A stretch of DNA of 31,821 bases from an uncultured Deinococcales bacterium (GCA_964247135.1 CAXTTL010000027.1:1-31821); one strand, 5' to 3'. Counted from the stretch's first letter, positions 18,128 to 27,882 are shown. Numbers and translations: made by a program. The notes: generated by a model not told the origin, from the letters alone.

Positions 18128-19045
18128 CTATCCGTATCGTACTCGAGGATCAGCCAGCGGATATGCAAGGTCGGCTAACAAATTGCCAACCACGATCATG
18201 ACCGCGCCAAGTTGCACCACGCCCAGAATCACGGGAATGTCCACCACCCGAATGGCATCCCAGACGAGCTTGCCGACGCCGGGCCAGCCAAACACGCTTT
18301 CGACCACGACCACGCCGCCCATGAACACGCCAATGTCCGAGCCGACCATGCCGATCACGGGCAGCAGCGCATTTTTCAGGGCGTGTTTGGTGATGACGCT
18401 CGAGCGCAGCACACCTTTGGCGGTGGCGGTGCGCACGTAATCTTGCCCAAGCACGTCGAGCATTTCGGAGCGAACAACTCGAGCGTACCAACCTGCGCCG
18501 CTGATGCCGAGGGTTAGGGCAGGCAGGATGATGTGGGCGATTGTGCCGTAACCGCCGAGTGGAAACAGCGCCAGTTTGAACGAAAAAATGTAGATCAGGC
18601 TTAACCCCAGCACAAATTGTGGCAGGCTGACCCCCGCAAACGAGAGCATCATCAAACTTCGATCCAAGAATTTCCCTGGGCGCAGCGCTGCCAGAATGCC
18701 AGCAGGCACGCCGATTAAAAGTTCAAACGCGATGCCCGCCAGCATCAAGAGCAACGTCGCAGGAAGCCTCGAGAGCAAGAGTTCGGTCACGTTGACGCTT
18801 TGCTTGTACGAGCGCCCCAGGTCGCCGCGCAAGACTTTACCGAGGTAAATCACAAACTGCTCGAGGATCGGCTTGTCCAAGCCCAGTTCGTGCCTGATGT
18901 TGTTGACGGTTTGCACGCTGGCGCTCGGACCGGCAACCATTCGTGCGGGGTCGGCAGGCAGCAACACTGCCAGCCCAAAGGTCAGGACGCTGACGGCGAG
19001 CAAGACCAGAATGCCTTGAAAGACCCGCTCGAGCAGCAATCGCAT
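18128..19045 (-). CDS. Peptide ABC transporter permease (DppB/OppB-like)
   Basis: LGLDKP, GDLGRS, RLPATLLL, EAA-loop DYVRTATAKG, VVVESVFGWPGVG, DPRVR; ATG at 19045. Confidence 0.92.
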   Translation of the reverse strand: MRLLLERVFQGILVLLAVSVLTFGLAVLLPADPARMVAGPSASVQTVNNIRHELGLDKPILEQFVIYLGKVLRGDLGRSYKQSVNVTELLLSRLPATLLLMLAGIAFELLIGVPAGILAALRPGKFLDRSLMMLSFAGVSLPQFVLGLSLIYIFSFKLALFPLGGYGTIAHIILPALTLGISGAGWYARVVRSEMLDVLGQDYVRTATAKGVLRSSVITKHALKNALLPVIGMVGSDIGVFMGGVVVVESVFGWPGVGKLVWDAIRVVDIPVILGVVQLGAVMIVVGNLLADLAYPLADPRVRYG

Positions 19046-19046
19046 C

Positions 19047-19946
19047 TTAAAATCCCGTCCGTTTCGCGCTGGGGTCAATGGCGTCGCGCAAACCCTCGCC
19101 AAGCAAATTAAACGAGAGCGCAGTCAGCAAAATCATGATGCCCGGAAACGCCACCAACCACGGCGCGGAGGTGAAATAACTCTGGCTTTCGTTGATGATC
19201 CCGCCCCAACTTGGCGTGGGCGGTTGCACCCCGACGCCCAAAAACGAGAGCGTCGCCTCGAGCATGACGCTGGTGCTGATGCCGAGCGTCCCCCAAACCA
19301 CGGCGGTGGGCAGCAAGCCTGGCAGCACATGACGCAATAAAACTCGAGTTTGACTTGCGCCCAGGCTTTCGGCGGCGGTCACGTACTCTCGAGATTTCAA
19401 GCCCAAAACCTGCCCGTAAACCACCCTGGCAAGGCTGACCCAATTGAGAAGCGCAATGACCAGCGCGACAATCCATAAACTCGGTTTGAGGATGGCGGTC
19501 AGGGCAATGGCGAGCAGCAAGACCGGAAACGCCGTCATCAGGTCGGTGAAACGCATCAAAAGCGTGCCAACAATGCCGCCAACAAAACCGGCGATCAGAC
19601 CGACAAACACGCCAATCAAGACCGCCGCGCCGTTCGCCAGCACGCCAATCAACAAGGAGACTCGAGCGCCGTAAACAATCCTCGAGAACAAATCGCGCCC
19701 CAGTAAATCCGTGCCAAACCAGAAACTCGAGTTTGGGGCGATGGGTGCGCCCATGTCGCTCAAGCCCTCGGGGAAGTTGAGGTCAGGATTTTTTGGGGCA
19801 AGTTGCGGCGCGAAGACCGCCATGAGGGTTAAAACGACCACTGTCAAAAGCGCAAGCATCACCAGTGGGTCGCGCCAGAATCGTTTCCAACGCGGCGCCA
19901 AGCCTCGAGTTTGCGGTTGGGTTTGGGGCAAGCCCGTGTCGGTCAT
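19047..19946 (-). CDS. Peptide ABC transporter permease (DppC/OppC-like)
   Basis: FGTDLLGRDLFSRIVYGARVSL, EYVTAAESLGA, LSFLGVG, PSWG, GEGLRDAIDP; TAGGCT -10 box 7 nt before ATG at 19946. Confidence 0.93.
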   Translation of the reverse strand: MTDTGLPQTQPQTRGLAPRWKRFWRDPLVMLALLTVVVLTLMAVFAPQLAPKNPDLNFPEGLSDMGAPIAPNSSFWFGTDLLGRDLFSRIVYGARVSLLIGVLANGAAVLIGVFVGLIAGFVGGIVGTLLMRFTDLMTAFPVLLLAIALTAILKPSLWIVALVIALLNWVSLARVVYGQVLGLKSREYVTAAESLGASQTRVLLRHVLPGLLPTAVVWGTLGISTSVMLEATLSFLGVGVQPPTPSWGGIINESQSYFTSAPWLVAFPGIMILLTALSFNLLGEGLRDAIDPSAKRTGF

Positions 19947-19980
19947 GCGCTCGAGCCTACCAGGAATTGAGGCTCGACAT

Positions 19981-20004
19981 GTAGGGGCGCTGCTTGCTGC
20001 GCCC
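19981..20004 (+). repeat. GTAG-type REP-like palindrome
   Basis: GTAGGGGCGC-TGCTTGCT-GCGCCC. Confidence 0.6.
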
Positions 20005-20100
20005 ACGGGCTTGAATGCCCCACGTCAGACGATGCACAATAAAGTTAACTGAAAAACTCGAGTCAATCTCGCATTGCAGCCAAAGCGATCAAGGAATCCA

Positions 20101-20577
20101 ATGCAACTTCTTCAACATCGCACCATCGACGCGCCAATTGAACGAATTTGTGATTTGGTTCGCAGCATCCAGGCGCACGAAGTCACCTCGAGCATCGACG
20201 GACGCGCGGTGGCGGGAAAAACTTCGGGCTTGTCGGCGTTGAACGATGTCACCACCTGGTCGGCACGGTTTTTTGGTTTGCGTTTTCAAATTGCGACTCG
20301 AGTGACCCGTTTCAACCCGCCGTTTTCGCTGACCGAAACCCTCGAGCGTGGTTTGCTGCTCGAGTTTGGGCATGTTTACAGTTTGCGAGTGCTCGAGTCC
20401 GGCTTGGTCGAACTCGAGGATTGTTTTGTGTTTCGCAGTCCGTTGGGCGCATGGGTTGATGCTCTGGTGTTAAAACCGATCATGACCAAAACCATGTCGG
20501 CGCGGTTGGATGGCTTAAAAGAATTGGCTGAAAGCGGTGGTTGGCAGAAATTTTTAGACTCGAGGAGCGAACCGTGA
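20101..20577 (+). CDS. SRPBCC (START-like) family protein
   Basis: IDAPIERICDL, VTTWSARFFG, FNPPFS, FRSPLG pattern; AAGGA RBS; coupled to the downstream gene. Confidence 0.72.
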   Translation: MQLLQHRTIDAPIERICDLVRSIQAHEVTSSIDGRAVAGKTSGLSALNDVTTWSARFFGLRFQIATRVTRFNPPFSLTETLERGLLLEFGHVYSLRVLESGLVELEDCFVFRSPLGAWVDALVLKPIMTKTMSARLDGLKELAESGGWQKFLDSRSEP

Positions 20578-21539
20578 AAATTATTATTCCAGGCGGCAGC
20601 GGACAGGTCGGCGCGGTGCTGACCAGGGACTTTCAGGCGGCAGGTCACGAGGTTGTGATTCTCGGGCGCGGGATTCAAGCCACGCTTCACGGCGCTCGTC
20701 ATGTGCAATGGGATGCCCGAACGCTCGGCGCTTGGAGCACAGAAATTGACGGCGCAGATGCCGTGATCAACCTGGCGGGACGCAGCGTCAATTGTCGTTA
20801 CACCCCAGAAAATCGTAAACTGATCACCGATTCTCGAGTTGACAGTACGCGCATTGTTGGCGAGGCGATTGAGGGCGCGAAAAACCCCCCCAAGGCTTGG
20901 TTGCAAGCCAGCACCGCCACGATTTACGCGCACCGTTTTGAGGCTGCCAACGACGACGCAACGGGCATTATTGGCGGAAATGAAGCCAACGCGCCCGACA
21001 CCTGGGTTTTTAGCATTGGCGTCGCAAAAGCTTGGGAGGTGGCACTCGAGGCGGCAAACACGCCGCACACCCGCAAGGTGGCATTGCGCAGCGCGATGGT
21101 CATGGACCCGTTTAAGGCTGGGATTTTTGACACGCTTTTAAAACTCGTGCGTTTCGGTTTGGGCGGCGACATGGGCAGCGGCAGGCAGTACATTTCCTGG
21201 ATTCACGACCAGGATTTCACCCGAGCCATTCAATTTATTCTCGAGCACGAAAACATCTCTGGAACAATCAACGTTTCAAGTCCAAACCCACTCTCAAACC
21301 ATGACTTCATGCAGCAATTGCGCCAGGCTTGGGGTATTGGGTTTGGCTTGAATTCCACAGATTGGATGCTTGAGGTTGGCACGCTTCTGATGCAGACCGA
21401 AACCGAGTTGGTTTTGAAAAGCCGTCGGGTTGTACCCTCACGTTTGCTTGAGGCTGGATTCAAGTTCAATCATCCTGTGTGGCAGGCGGCGGCGGCAGAT
21501 TTGGTGAAACGCTGGCGGGCAATATCGGCAAAACCTTAA
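20574..21539 (+). CDS. TIGR01777 family NAD-dependent epimerase/oxidoreductase (YfcH-like)
   Basis: GGSGQVG, DAVINLAG, SRVDST, GSGRQYISWIH, SRRVVPSRL; GTG start overlapping the upstream TGA. Confidence 0.9.
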   Translation: MKIIIPGGSGQVGAVLTRDFQAAGHEVVILGRGIQATLHGARHVQWDARTLGAWSTEIDGADAVINLAGRSVNCRYTPENRKLITDSRVDSTRIVGEAIEGAKNPPKAWLQASTATIYAHRFEAANDDATGIIGGNEANAPDTWVFSIGVAKAWEVALEAANTPHTRKVALRSAMVMDPFKAGIFDTLLKLVRFGLGGDMGSGRQYISWIHDQDFTRAIQFILEHENISGTINVSSPNPLSNHDFMQQLRQAWGIGFGLNSTDWMLEVGTLLMQTETELVLKSRRVVPSRLLEAGFKFNHPVWQAAAADLVKRWRAISAKP

Positions 21540-21612
21540 CGCTCGAGCATCAATATTGATACAATTCCGAGACTGCTTTTTAGTTTGTCCTGGACAGCTT
21601 AAAACCTGCCTT

Positions 21613-21631
21613 GTGACCAAGGCGTGACCAA
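21613..21631 (+). promoter_or_regulatory. Direct repeat with 11-bp period, candidate winged-helix (SARP/OmpR-type) binding site
   Basis: GTGACCAA at 21613-21620 and 21624-21631. Confidence 0.4.
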
Positions 21632-21782
21632 AATGGGTCTAAGATGTTTTTGCGGGGAACATTTTCAATCACGTATTCCTGGTTTTAAATGCTGCCACCT
21701 TAAATTTGACCTGTTCAACTCGAGACTTGATCGTCTCGAGCCTCAGTTATCATTGACAAATTTTGAGTCATGCGGGGGAACC

Positions 21783-22136
21783 ATGATGTTGAACCTTGAA
21801 AGTCGGACGCAATCGGGCATGAACGAATCGATGATGAATCACTTTGTCGGTTCGGTGGATTTAACGGGTGCAGAACTCGAGTTTGCGGGGTGTTGCCTGA
21901 ACGTGACCAACGGAAAACTTGGGCATTACGACCCCAAACGCCGTCAGGTCAGCGGCAGCCTCAGCATTGTCAGCCCCATCAAACCGAGCTTGCGCTCGAG
22001 TTTGGTCAGGATTCACTGGCGAAATCAAGAATTTGAGGTCGTCATGATTTCCTTAAAAGAAAGCACGGTGAAAGACGAATTGACCCTCAAATTTGTGGCA
22101 CGGGTGCTTTCATCACAAGCGCCTGTGAATGTTTGA
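21783..22136 (+). CDS. Hypothetical protein
   Basis: 117-aa ORF with a GGGGGAA RBS before ATG at 21783; no recognised motif. Confidence 0.6.
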   Translation: MMLNLESRTQSGMNESMMNHFVGSVDLTGAELEFAGCCLNVTNGKLGHYDPKRRQVSGSLSIVSPIKPSLRSSLVRIHWRNQEFEVVMISLKESTVKDELTLKFVARVLSSQAPVNV

Positions 22137-22202
22137 CTGGTCATTCTGAACATTCAAGTCTCCACTTTGCTCATTGGGGACTTGTGAAGCCCAAGCCCCA
22201 GA

Positions 22203-25200
22203 ATGCACAATAGGGTTGTGCTTGAACCTGCGATCAGTTTGATGCTTCGACTTTCGGGCACCTGCGTGCTTGAACAATCGGGGCGACTCGAGACGCTGGG
22301 GCGACGCTCGATGGCGCTCCTGGCGTATTTGGCGCTCGAGGGGGTCACACCGCGCTCCAGGCTGGCAGGTTTGTTGTGGGCGGATGTCGGTGAGGACCGC
22401 GCCAGGGCAAATTTGCGCCAGGAGATTTACCGCGTTAACCAAATTGCACCGTTGATTGAAAATGATCGTTTTAACGTCTGGTTGGCAAAAAACGTGCGAT
22501 CTGACCTCGAACAATTCGATGAATCAAGTGGCGAATTTGCCCAGGGTTTGGAAATTGACGACGCGCCGGACATCATGGACTGGTTGTACGCCCAGCGCGA
22601 AAGCTTATCTGAGCAACGCCGCGCCAACCTCGAGGATCAATTGAAGCAACTCGAGAATGCGGGTTCGTACCGTCAGGCGGCGGTGATTGCCCGAAAGTTG
22701 GTGGCGCTCGAGCCGCTATCGGAGGCGGCGCACGTGCGAATGCTGCGCTGCTTGTATTTAAGCGATGATCGGATTGGGGTCAGGACCGGAATCCTCGAGT
22801 TGCGGCGTTTGCTGCGCGAGGAACTGGGGGTTGAACCGCTGCCCGAAACGGCGGCGATGCTCGAGTCTCTGGAGGCGGGGCAATTGCAGTCCAGCCCAAG
22901 CAGCAAACGTCCAAGCATCCCTTTGAATGTGTTGCGCCCTCCAAGGTTGGCGGGTGTCAAGGCACTCAGGGCGCTGGTGCAGGGACTCGAGCGCGGCAAA
23001 GCCGTGTTCGTTGAGGGCGAGGCGGGCGCGGGCAAATCCAGGTTGCTGCACGATCTGGCGGCATCGCGGAGCGCCCTGGGTGGGCATGTGCTCGAGGTTC
23101 GCGCCCGCGAATCGGATCAGAGTTTGGCGTTCGCGCCCTTGATCACGGCGTTGCGCGATTTGTGGGAAGCCGGTTTTCAACCCCAGGTCGAACCGATCTG
23201 GCAACTCGAGGTCTCGCGTCTGCTGCCAGAGTTGCGCCCCAGCGGTAACCTGGAGGGGCTGGTTCAAATTGAAATGCCAACCGAAGCCAAAGTCCGTTTT
23301 CTGGAAGGCTTAACGCGTTACGTGCTGGCATTCGCCAATGACAGCGGCTTGGTGATTTTTGATGATTTGCACTGGGCGGACAGCGCCACGCTCGAGTTTC
23401 TGGCATATGCCGCCCCGCGAATCCTGGGCGAACAGGTCGGGATTTTGGGCGGTTATCGTCCGCTCGAGGTCGGTGCAAATTTGCGCCATCTGATCGGGCA
23501 ACTCGAGCGCGAGGGTTTGGCGGTCACGCAAAAACTCGAGGCTTTGGAATTGCCCGAGGTGCGCGAGTTGTTGTTCGGCATCGATCCCAAAGCCGCCGCC
23601 CTGGCACAAGCGATGCACGCCGCAACGGGCGGCAATCCCTTGTTCGTGGTCGAAACCCTGAAATACCTGCTCGAGACGGGGCAACTCGACGCCAACTTTC
23701 AACTTTCGGGGCAACTGCGTCCTCCAGAACGGATTGGGGCGCTCCTCAAAAACCGGCTCGAGCGCCTGGAAACCGACACGCGCCGCGTGCTGGCGTGTCT
23801 GGCGGTGGCGGGCGCAGACTTTAGCGCTAGCCTTGCAGGCACAGTGCTCGAGTTACCAGAATTGCGGGTTGCCGAGGGTTTGGGCGAAGCCGAAGGGGCG
23901 CAAGTCATTACCTCAGACCCCAGTTTCACCCATGATCTGCTGCGAGCCACCACCCTCGAGCTGACGCCAAACAGCGTGCGCCAAACCCTGCACCGTTTGG
24001 TCGCGCAAGAACTCGAGTTGCGGCAAGCCGCCCCGAGCCGGATTGCCGCGCACTTGCTGCAAGCGGGGCAAAACAGCGAGGCGACGGTCTGGTTGATCGC
24101 CGCCAGCGAGATCGACCTCGAGACATTCCTGCCGCAAACCGCCTTGGAGCGCCTGAATTTGGCGCTGATGCAGGCGCTCACGCCCAACCTCGAGGTTCAA
24201 GTTCGCACCCTTCGGGCGCGGGCGTTGACTGGCGTCAGGCGTGCCACCGAGGCTGAAGTCGAAGCCAATCTGGCGCTCGAGCTTGCCAAAAAACTAAAAC
24301 GCCCCGACCTCGAGCGGCGGGCGAACCTGGCGTTGTCTGGCGCCTTGATCGAACTGGCACGACCCTTGGAGGCTGCCAAAATCACGCGTCTGGCGATGCA
24401 GGATTTGTCGCAAAGCACCGAATTTGTTGCCCACGAACAACTGGGGTTTAGTTTGATGATGCTGGGCGATTTTGAAGCCGCCAGCCTCGAATTCACGGCT
24501 GCCAGCCCCGAAAGTACCGACGCGCTGTTTGGACGCGCCATCACCGCCTGGCACGTCGGCGATTTTTCACAGATGCTCGAGTTGGCGCACAGCGTTCAAA
24601 CCCGAAACCTGCCCGATTTCAAACGCGCCAGGTTTCTCAACCTCGAGGGGATCGGGCTTTGGACGTTGGGACGCTTTCATGAAGCCGAACAAAAATACAA
24701 CCAAGCCATTGGCTTGTGCGAAAGCGATCAAGCCTTGCAAGCCGTGGCGATTTACCTCTCGAGAAGCAGCCTGCACCTCAGCATGGGTGAGCTGCACAAG
24801 TCGATCAAAGACATTGACTTGGCGGTCAAACTCGAGGAACTGGCGGGCAACACCAGCAACCTTGCCGATGCCGTGCATCAAAAAGCCTGCATCCATTACC
24901 TGTGCGGCGATTACCTTCAGGCGCGCGAGTTGGTTGATGATGCGATAAGGCGCTGGTTTGAACCTGGCGCGAAAGCCTACACGACCGCCACCAAAGCCGT
25001 GATCCAAAGCGCCCTGGGACAAAACCCAGAACCCACCGCCAGCTCGGCACTCGAGATGGCACGCCAATCACGGCACACCTTTGCCCTGGCACTGACCTTG
25101 CGGGCTTGCAGTGAGGTCGCCCTCGATCTTGGTCAAGCAAAACTTGCCCTGCAACACGCCACTGAGCTGAAAACCCTGGCAAGGCAACACGGAATGCTCG

Positions 25201-25463
25201 AGCAACTGGGTTACGCGCACCTCTACAGCGCCCTGGCGGGCGAGGCAAAATACTTTAACGCCGCGCTCGAACTTTCCAGTTTACTGCCCAACCTCGAGAT
25301 CACCTGGCGAGCCGCGCAAGGCATCAATGACACCAAACTGGCAATTCGTACCTTGGAGAGCGTTTACGCCAACACGCCCGAACACTTGCGCTCTTTTTGG
25401 CAGACCAGCAAACCAGGGATTGCCTATAAAAGCCTCTCAGGGCACGAAAAACCAACGGTTTGA
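22203..25463 (+). CDS. Large transcriptional regulator: winged helix + BTAD + AAA/STAND ATPase + TPR
   Basis: ALLAYLALEG...RSRLAGLLW...ARANLRQ; BTAD (DWLYAQRE, EPLSEAAH, ELGVEPLPET); Walker A GEAGAGKS; Walker B IFDDLHWAD; TGGNPLF; FTHDLLR; TPR-like C-terminus. The true start may be GTG at 22218. Confidence 0.9.
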   Translation: MHNRVVLEPAISLMLRLSGTCVLEQSGRLETLGRRSMALLAYLALEGVTPRSRLAGLLWADVGEDRARANLRQEIYRVNQIAPLIENDRFNVWLAKNVRSDLEQFDESSGEFAQGLEIDDAPDIMDWLYAQRESLSEQRRANLEDQLKQLENAGSYRQAAVIARKLVALEPLSEAAHVRMLRCLYLSDDRIGVRTGILELRRLLREELGVEPLPETAAMLESLEAGQLQSSPSSKRPSIPLNVLRPPRLAGVKALRALVQGLERGKAVFVEGEAGAGKSRLLHDLAASRSALGGHVLEVRARESDQSLAFAPLITALRDLWEAGFQPQVEPIWQLEVSRLLPELRPSGNLEGLVQIEMPTEAKVRFLEGLTRYVLAFANDSGLVIFDDLHWADSATLEFLAYAAPRILGEQVGILGGYRPLEVGANLRHLIGQLEREGLAVTQKLEALELPEVRELLFGIDPKAAALAQAMHAATGGNPLFVVETLKYLLETGQLDANFQLSGQLRPPERIGALLKNRLERLETDTRRVLACLAVAGADFSASLAGTVLELPELRVAEGLGEAEGAQVITSDPSFTHDLLRATTLELTPNSVRQTLHRLVAQELELRQAAPSRIAAHLLQAGQNSEATVWLIAASEIDLETFLPQTALERLNLALMQALTPNLEVQVRTLRARALTGVRRATEAEVEANLALELAKKLKRPDLERRANLALSGALIELARPLEAAKITRLAMQDLSQSTEFVAHEQLGFSLMMLGDFEAASLEFTAASPESTDALFGRAITAWHVGDFSQMLELAHSVQTRNLPDFKRARFLNLEGIGLWTLGRFHEAEQKYNQAIGLCESDQALQAVAIYLSRSSLHLSMGELHKSIKDIDLAVKLEELAGNTSNLADAVHQKACIHYLCGDYLQARELVDDAIRRWFEPGAKAYTTATKAVIQSALGQNPEPTASSALEMARQSRHTFALALTLRACSEVALDLGQAKLALQHATELKTLARQHGMLEQLGYAHLYSALAGEAKYFNAALELSSLLPNLEITWRAAQGINDTKLAIRTLESVYANTPEHLRSFWQTSKPGIAYKSLSGHEKPTV

Positions 25464-25498
25464 CGATCTTGTGACGCTGATTGTGGCAAGCTAAACTC

Positions 25499-25684
25499 AT
25501 GGATTCTGCCACCGCTACCACCCGAGCCTCATACCTTGTTCGCGTCTGGTGGGAACCCAGACCGCAAGGGCAAGTCTGGCGTGCCAGCGTGACCGACCTG
25601 TCCACCGGCGAACGCAAGTATTTCGCCACCCCCGAACGTTTAGCGCGACACCTCGAGAAACGCTCAATCATGGACGGCATGTAA
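25499..25684 (+). CDS. Small conserved-looking hypothetical protein (SYLVRVW...WRASVTD...GERKYF)
   Basis: 61 aa, directly after the BTAD regulator and before a terminator; resembles small proteins I recall next to such regulators. Confidence 0.7.
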   Translation: MDSATATTRASYLVRVWWEPRPQGQVWRASVTDLSTGERKYFATPERLARHLEKRSIMDGM

Positions 25685-25713
25685 AAAGACGGGCATTGCG
25701 CCCGTCTTTTTTT
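25683..25713. terminator. Bidirectional intrinsic terminator
   Basis: AAAAGACGGGC-ATTGC-GCCCGTCTTTT followed by Ts, between convergent genes. Confidence 0.85.
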
Positions 25714-25734
25714 GTTGAGGCTCGAGTTTTGGTT

Positions 25735-26529
25735 TTAAGGTGCAGGTGTTGGGAAAGTATGGCTGAAGGTAAGACTCAATGCCGTGCCGTCAAGTTTGAA
25801 GCTGACTGAACCAGTGACCGTTTGAGTGCCGCTTGGACGGCTGCCGATGGTAATTTGAAAGCAACCCTGACCCGCGTTTAAAGCGTCACAAGTCACAGCG
25901 CCCGTGACTGGAGTTACAACCACGGCTCGAGTTAAAACTGTTGACGCACTGGATTGGTTTACAGTGGGAATGGCAATGTCGGTCAAACCTGCTTTATTGA
26001 CGGTATAAATCTGATTTCCTGCCGTTTTGACAGAAAAATACACTTTAAAGTTTAGGTTATCAATACCTTCGGTGGTCACGACCGTAGCCGAAGCTGGGAC
26101 AGGTGGTTTGGCAAAGGTCGCGGTGTAATTTAAAGTCAAAGGTGAACCATCAAGTTTAAAACTGATTGTGCCGCTGATGCTGGTGGCTGATGTTTTATCG
26201 GTCACAATTTGGAAGCAACCCTCACCAGAAACCACGCCAGTGCATTTCGTCAACGTGTTACTGACCACAACCACAGCTCGAGGGTTGTTTGGGTTGTTGC
26301 TGACAACCGTTGCCGAATCAAGGGTTTCGGCGCTGACATTGTTGAAACCAACGCCGTAATTAAAACCGTCCGTATCGGTCACTTTGTAAAAAATCTTGAC
26401 GGTTTTGCTGTCAACTCCCGACGAGGTGGTTTGGCTTGCGGTTTTTGGTGTTCCTCCAACAACAATGATGCAGCCCATCAAAGAACTGGCGACCATAAGT
26501 GCTCCAAACATTTTGAATACGTTCTTCAT
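25735..26529 (-). CDS. Lipoprotein with two tandem beta-rich, Cys-pair domains
   Basis: Lipobox LMG-C; GGAGG RBS; duplicated motifs RAVVV...C...GxGCFQI...SFKLDG. Confidence 0.75.
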   Translation of the reverse strand: MKNVFKMFGALMVASSLMGCIIVVGGTPKTASQTTSSGVDSKTVKIFYKVTDTDGFNYGVGFNNVSAETLDSATVVSNNPNNPRAVVVVSNTLTKCTGVVSGEGCFQIVTDKTSATSISGTISFKLDGSPLTLNYTATFAKPPVPASATVVTTEGIDNLNFKVYFSVKTAGNQIYTVNKAGLTDIAIPTVNQSSASTVLTRAVVVTPVTGAVTCDALNAGQGCFQITIGSRPSGTQTVTGSVSFKLDGTALSLTFSHTFPTPAP

Positions 26530-26643
26530 ACATCCTCCAGTGACGCTCGAGTCTCACTCTAGCGCAGCCAGATGACTTCGCGCCTTCACTTTTCATTAAG
26601 CTGCCCAGTACACTTGGGTCATGAAAGTTTTCGGGGGTGAATT

Positions 26644-27720
26644 ATGCGTTTTAAGATTCTGGTGTTGTGGTTTGTGGTTTTTATGAGCAGCGCCGAGGCA
26701 GCACCGCAACTCTGGCAGGCGTTCACGACCAGCGCCGTGAAACACGCGAACCTCGAGCATGTCCAATTTGGCACTGGCACGGATTTAAAAGTCACGCTCG
26801 AGAAAACCGCGACGACAGGTGTACTCGAGACTGGCATTATTGCTGTCAACGCCGATACCGCGATAGCGTCCTGGAATGCACTGACACCCGAAAACACGTA
26901 TCTCGAGGTTGAGATTCGGGCGCAGATTGGCACGCGCTGGACTGGGTATTACAAGATTGCGCATTGGAACAACGCTGGCGCTAAGTATTCGTTCGCCGTT
27001 CCCGCCGATGGCGATGGACGCGTCAGCACCGACACGTTAAAACTCAAACATGCGGCGAACGGTTTGCAATTAAGGATTTCGTTTCACTCGAGCGTTGCAG
27101 GCATCAGCCCAACACTAACGGGTTTGGCGGTGGTCAGCAGCCTCGCCAGCCAGCATTTCACGGCTGCCAGCACGGTTTCCAACCGTCAAGCTTGGGGTCT
27201 CGAGTTGCCCGTGCCAGTGCATTCACAAATGATTTACCAAGGCGGCGGCGAGGTCTGGTGCTCGCCGACCAGTGTCACCATGATGCTGGGATACTGGGGT
27301 ACAAAACTCGGCTTGAGCCTTGCCGATCCCGTTCCGACCGCCGCCAAAACCATGTGGGATACGGTCTATGACGGTTCGGGCAATTGGGCGTTTAACATGG
27401 CTTATGCCTCGAGCAAAGGCTTAAAAGCCTATGTGCACCGTCTCTCGAGCCTGACACAAGCCGAAAGTTATATCTTAGAAGGCATTCCTCTGGCACTCAG
27501 CATCGCTTGGGGCGTGAATGAACTCGAGGGGGCGCACATTGCCAAATCGGGCGGGCATTTGGTGGTCTTGCGGGGTTTCACCAAAACGGGCGATGTGATT
27601 ATCAACGACCCTGCCGCCAAAACCGATGCTGGCGTGCGCACCATTTATAAACGCGCTGAACTCGAGCGGGCTTGGATTGGGCATTCGGGCGGTGTGGTGT
27701 ACGTAATCGAGGGGAAGTAA
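26644..27720 (+). CDS. Secreted C39-like cysteine peptidase
   Basis: Signal peptide (AEA-A); SQM...EVWCSPTS (Cys), GHLVVLRGF (His), INDPAA (Asp). Confidence 0.88.
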   Translation: MRFKILVLWFVVFMSSAEAAPQLWQAFTTSAVKHANLEHVQFGTGTDLKVTLEKTATTGVLETGIIAVNADTAIASWNALTPENTYLEVEIRAQIGTRWTGYYKIAHWNNAGAKYSFAVPADGDGRVSTDTLKLKHAANGLQLRISFHSSVAGISPTLTGLAVVSSLASQHFTAASTVSNRQAWGLELPVPVHSQMIYQGGGEVWCSPTSVTMMLGYWGTKLGLSLADPVPTAAKTMWDTVYDGSGNWAFNMAYASSKGLKAYVHRLSSLTQAESYILEGIPLALSIAWGVNELEGAHIAKSGGHLVVLRGFTKTGDVIINDPAAKTDAGVRTIYKRAELERAWIGHSGGVVYVIEGK

Positions 27721-27786
27721 ACCTCGAGCCTTCAAATCCCAGCAGCAACCCAAGAATGCCACGAACCTCGAGTTGAAAAGCATGAC
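27715..27786 (+). repeat. 72-bp imperfect direct repeat, copy A
   Basis: AAGTAAACCTCGAGCCTTCAAATCCCAGCAGCAACCCAAGAATGCCACGAACCTCGAGTTGAAAAGCATGAC, matches 28740-28811. Confidence 0.92.
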
Positions 27787-27853
27787 TGCGTCTGGCATGA
27801 CTGAAATGCTCAAGGTGGGAGGACTTACGTTACTGGATTGTGAGCACAAAGCA

Positions 27854-27882
27854 TTGACAAAAACTCATAACAACAATATCAT
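27854..27882 (+). promoter_or_regulatory. Sigma70-type promoter for a leaderless transcript
   Basis: TTGACA (27854-27859), 17-bp spacer, TATCAT (27877-27882), ATG 7 nt later. Confidence 0.8.
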
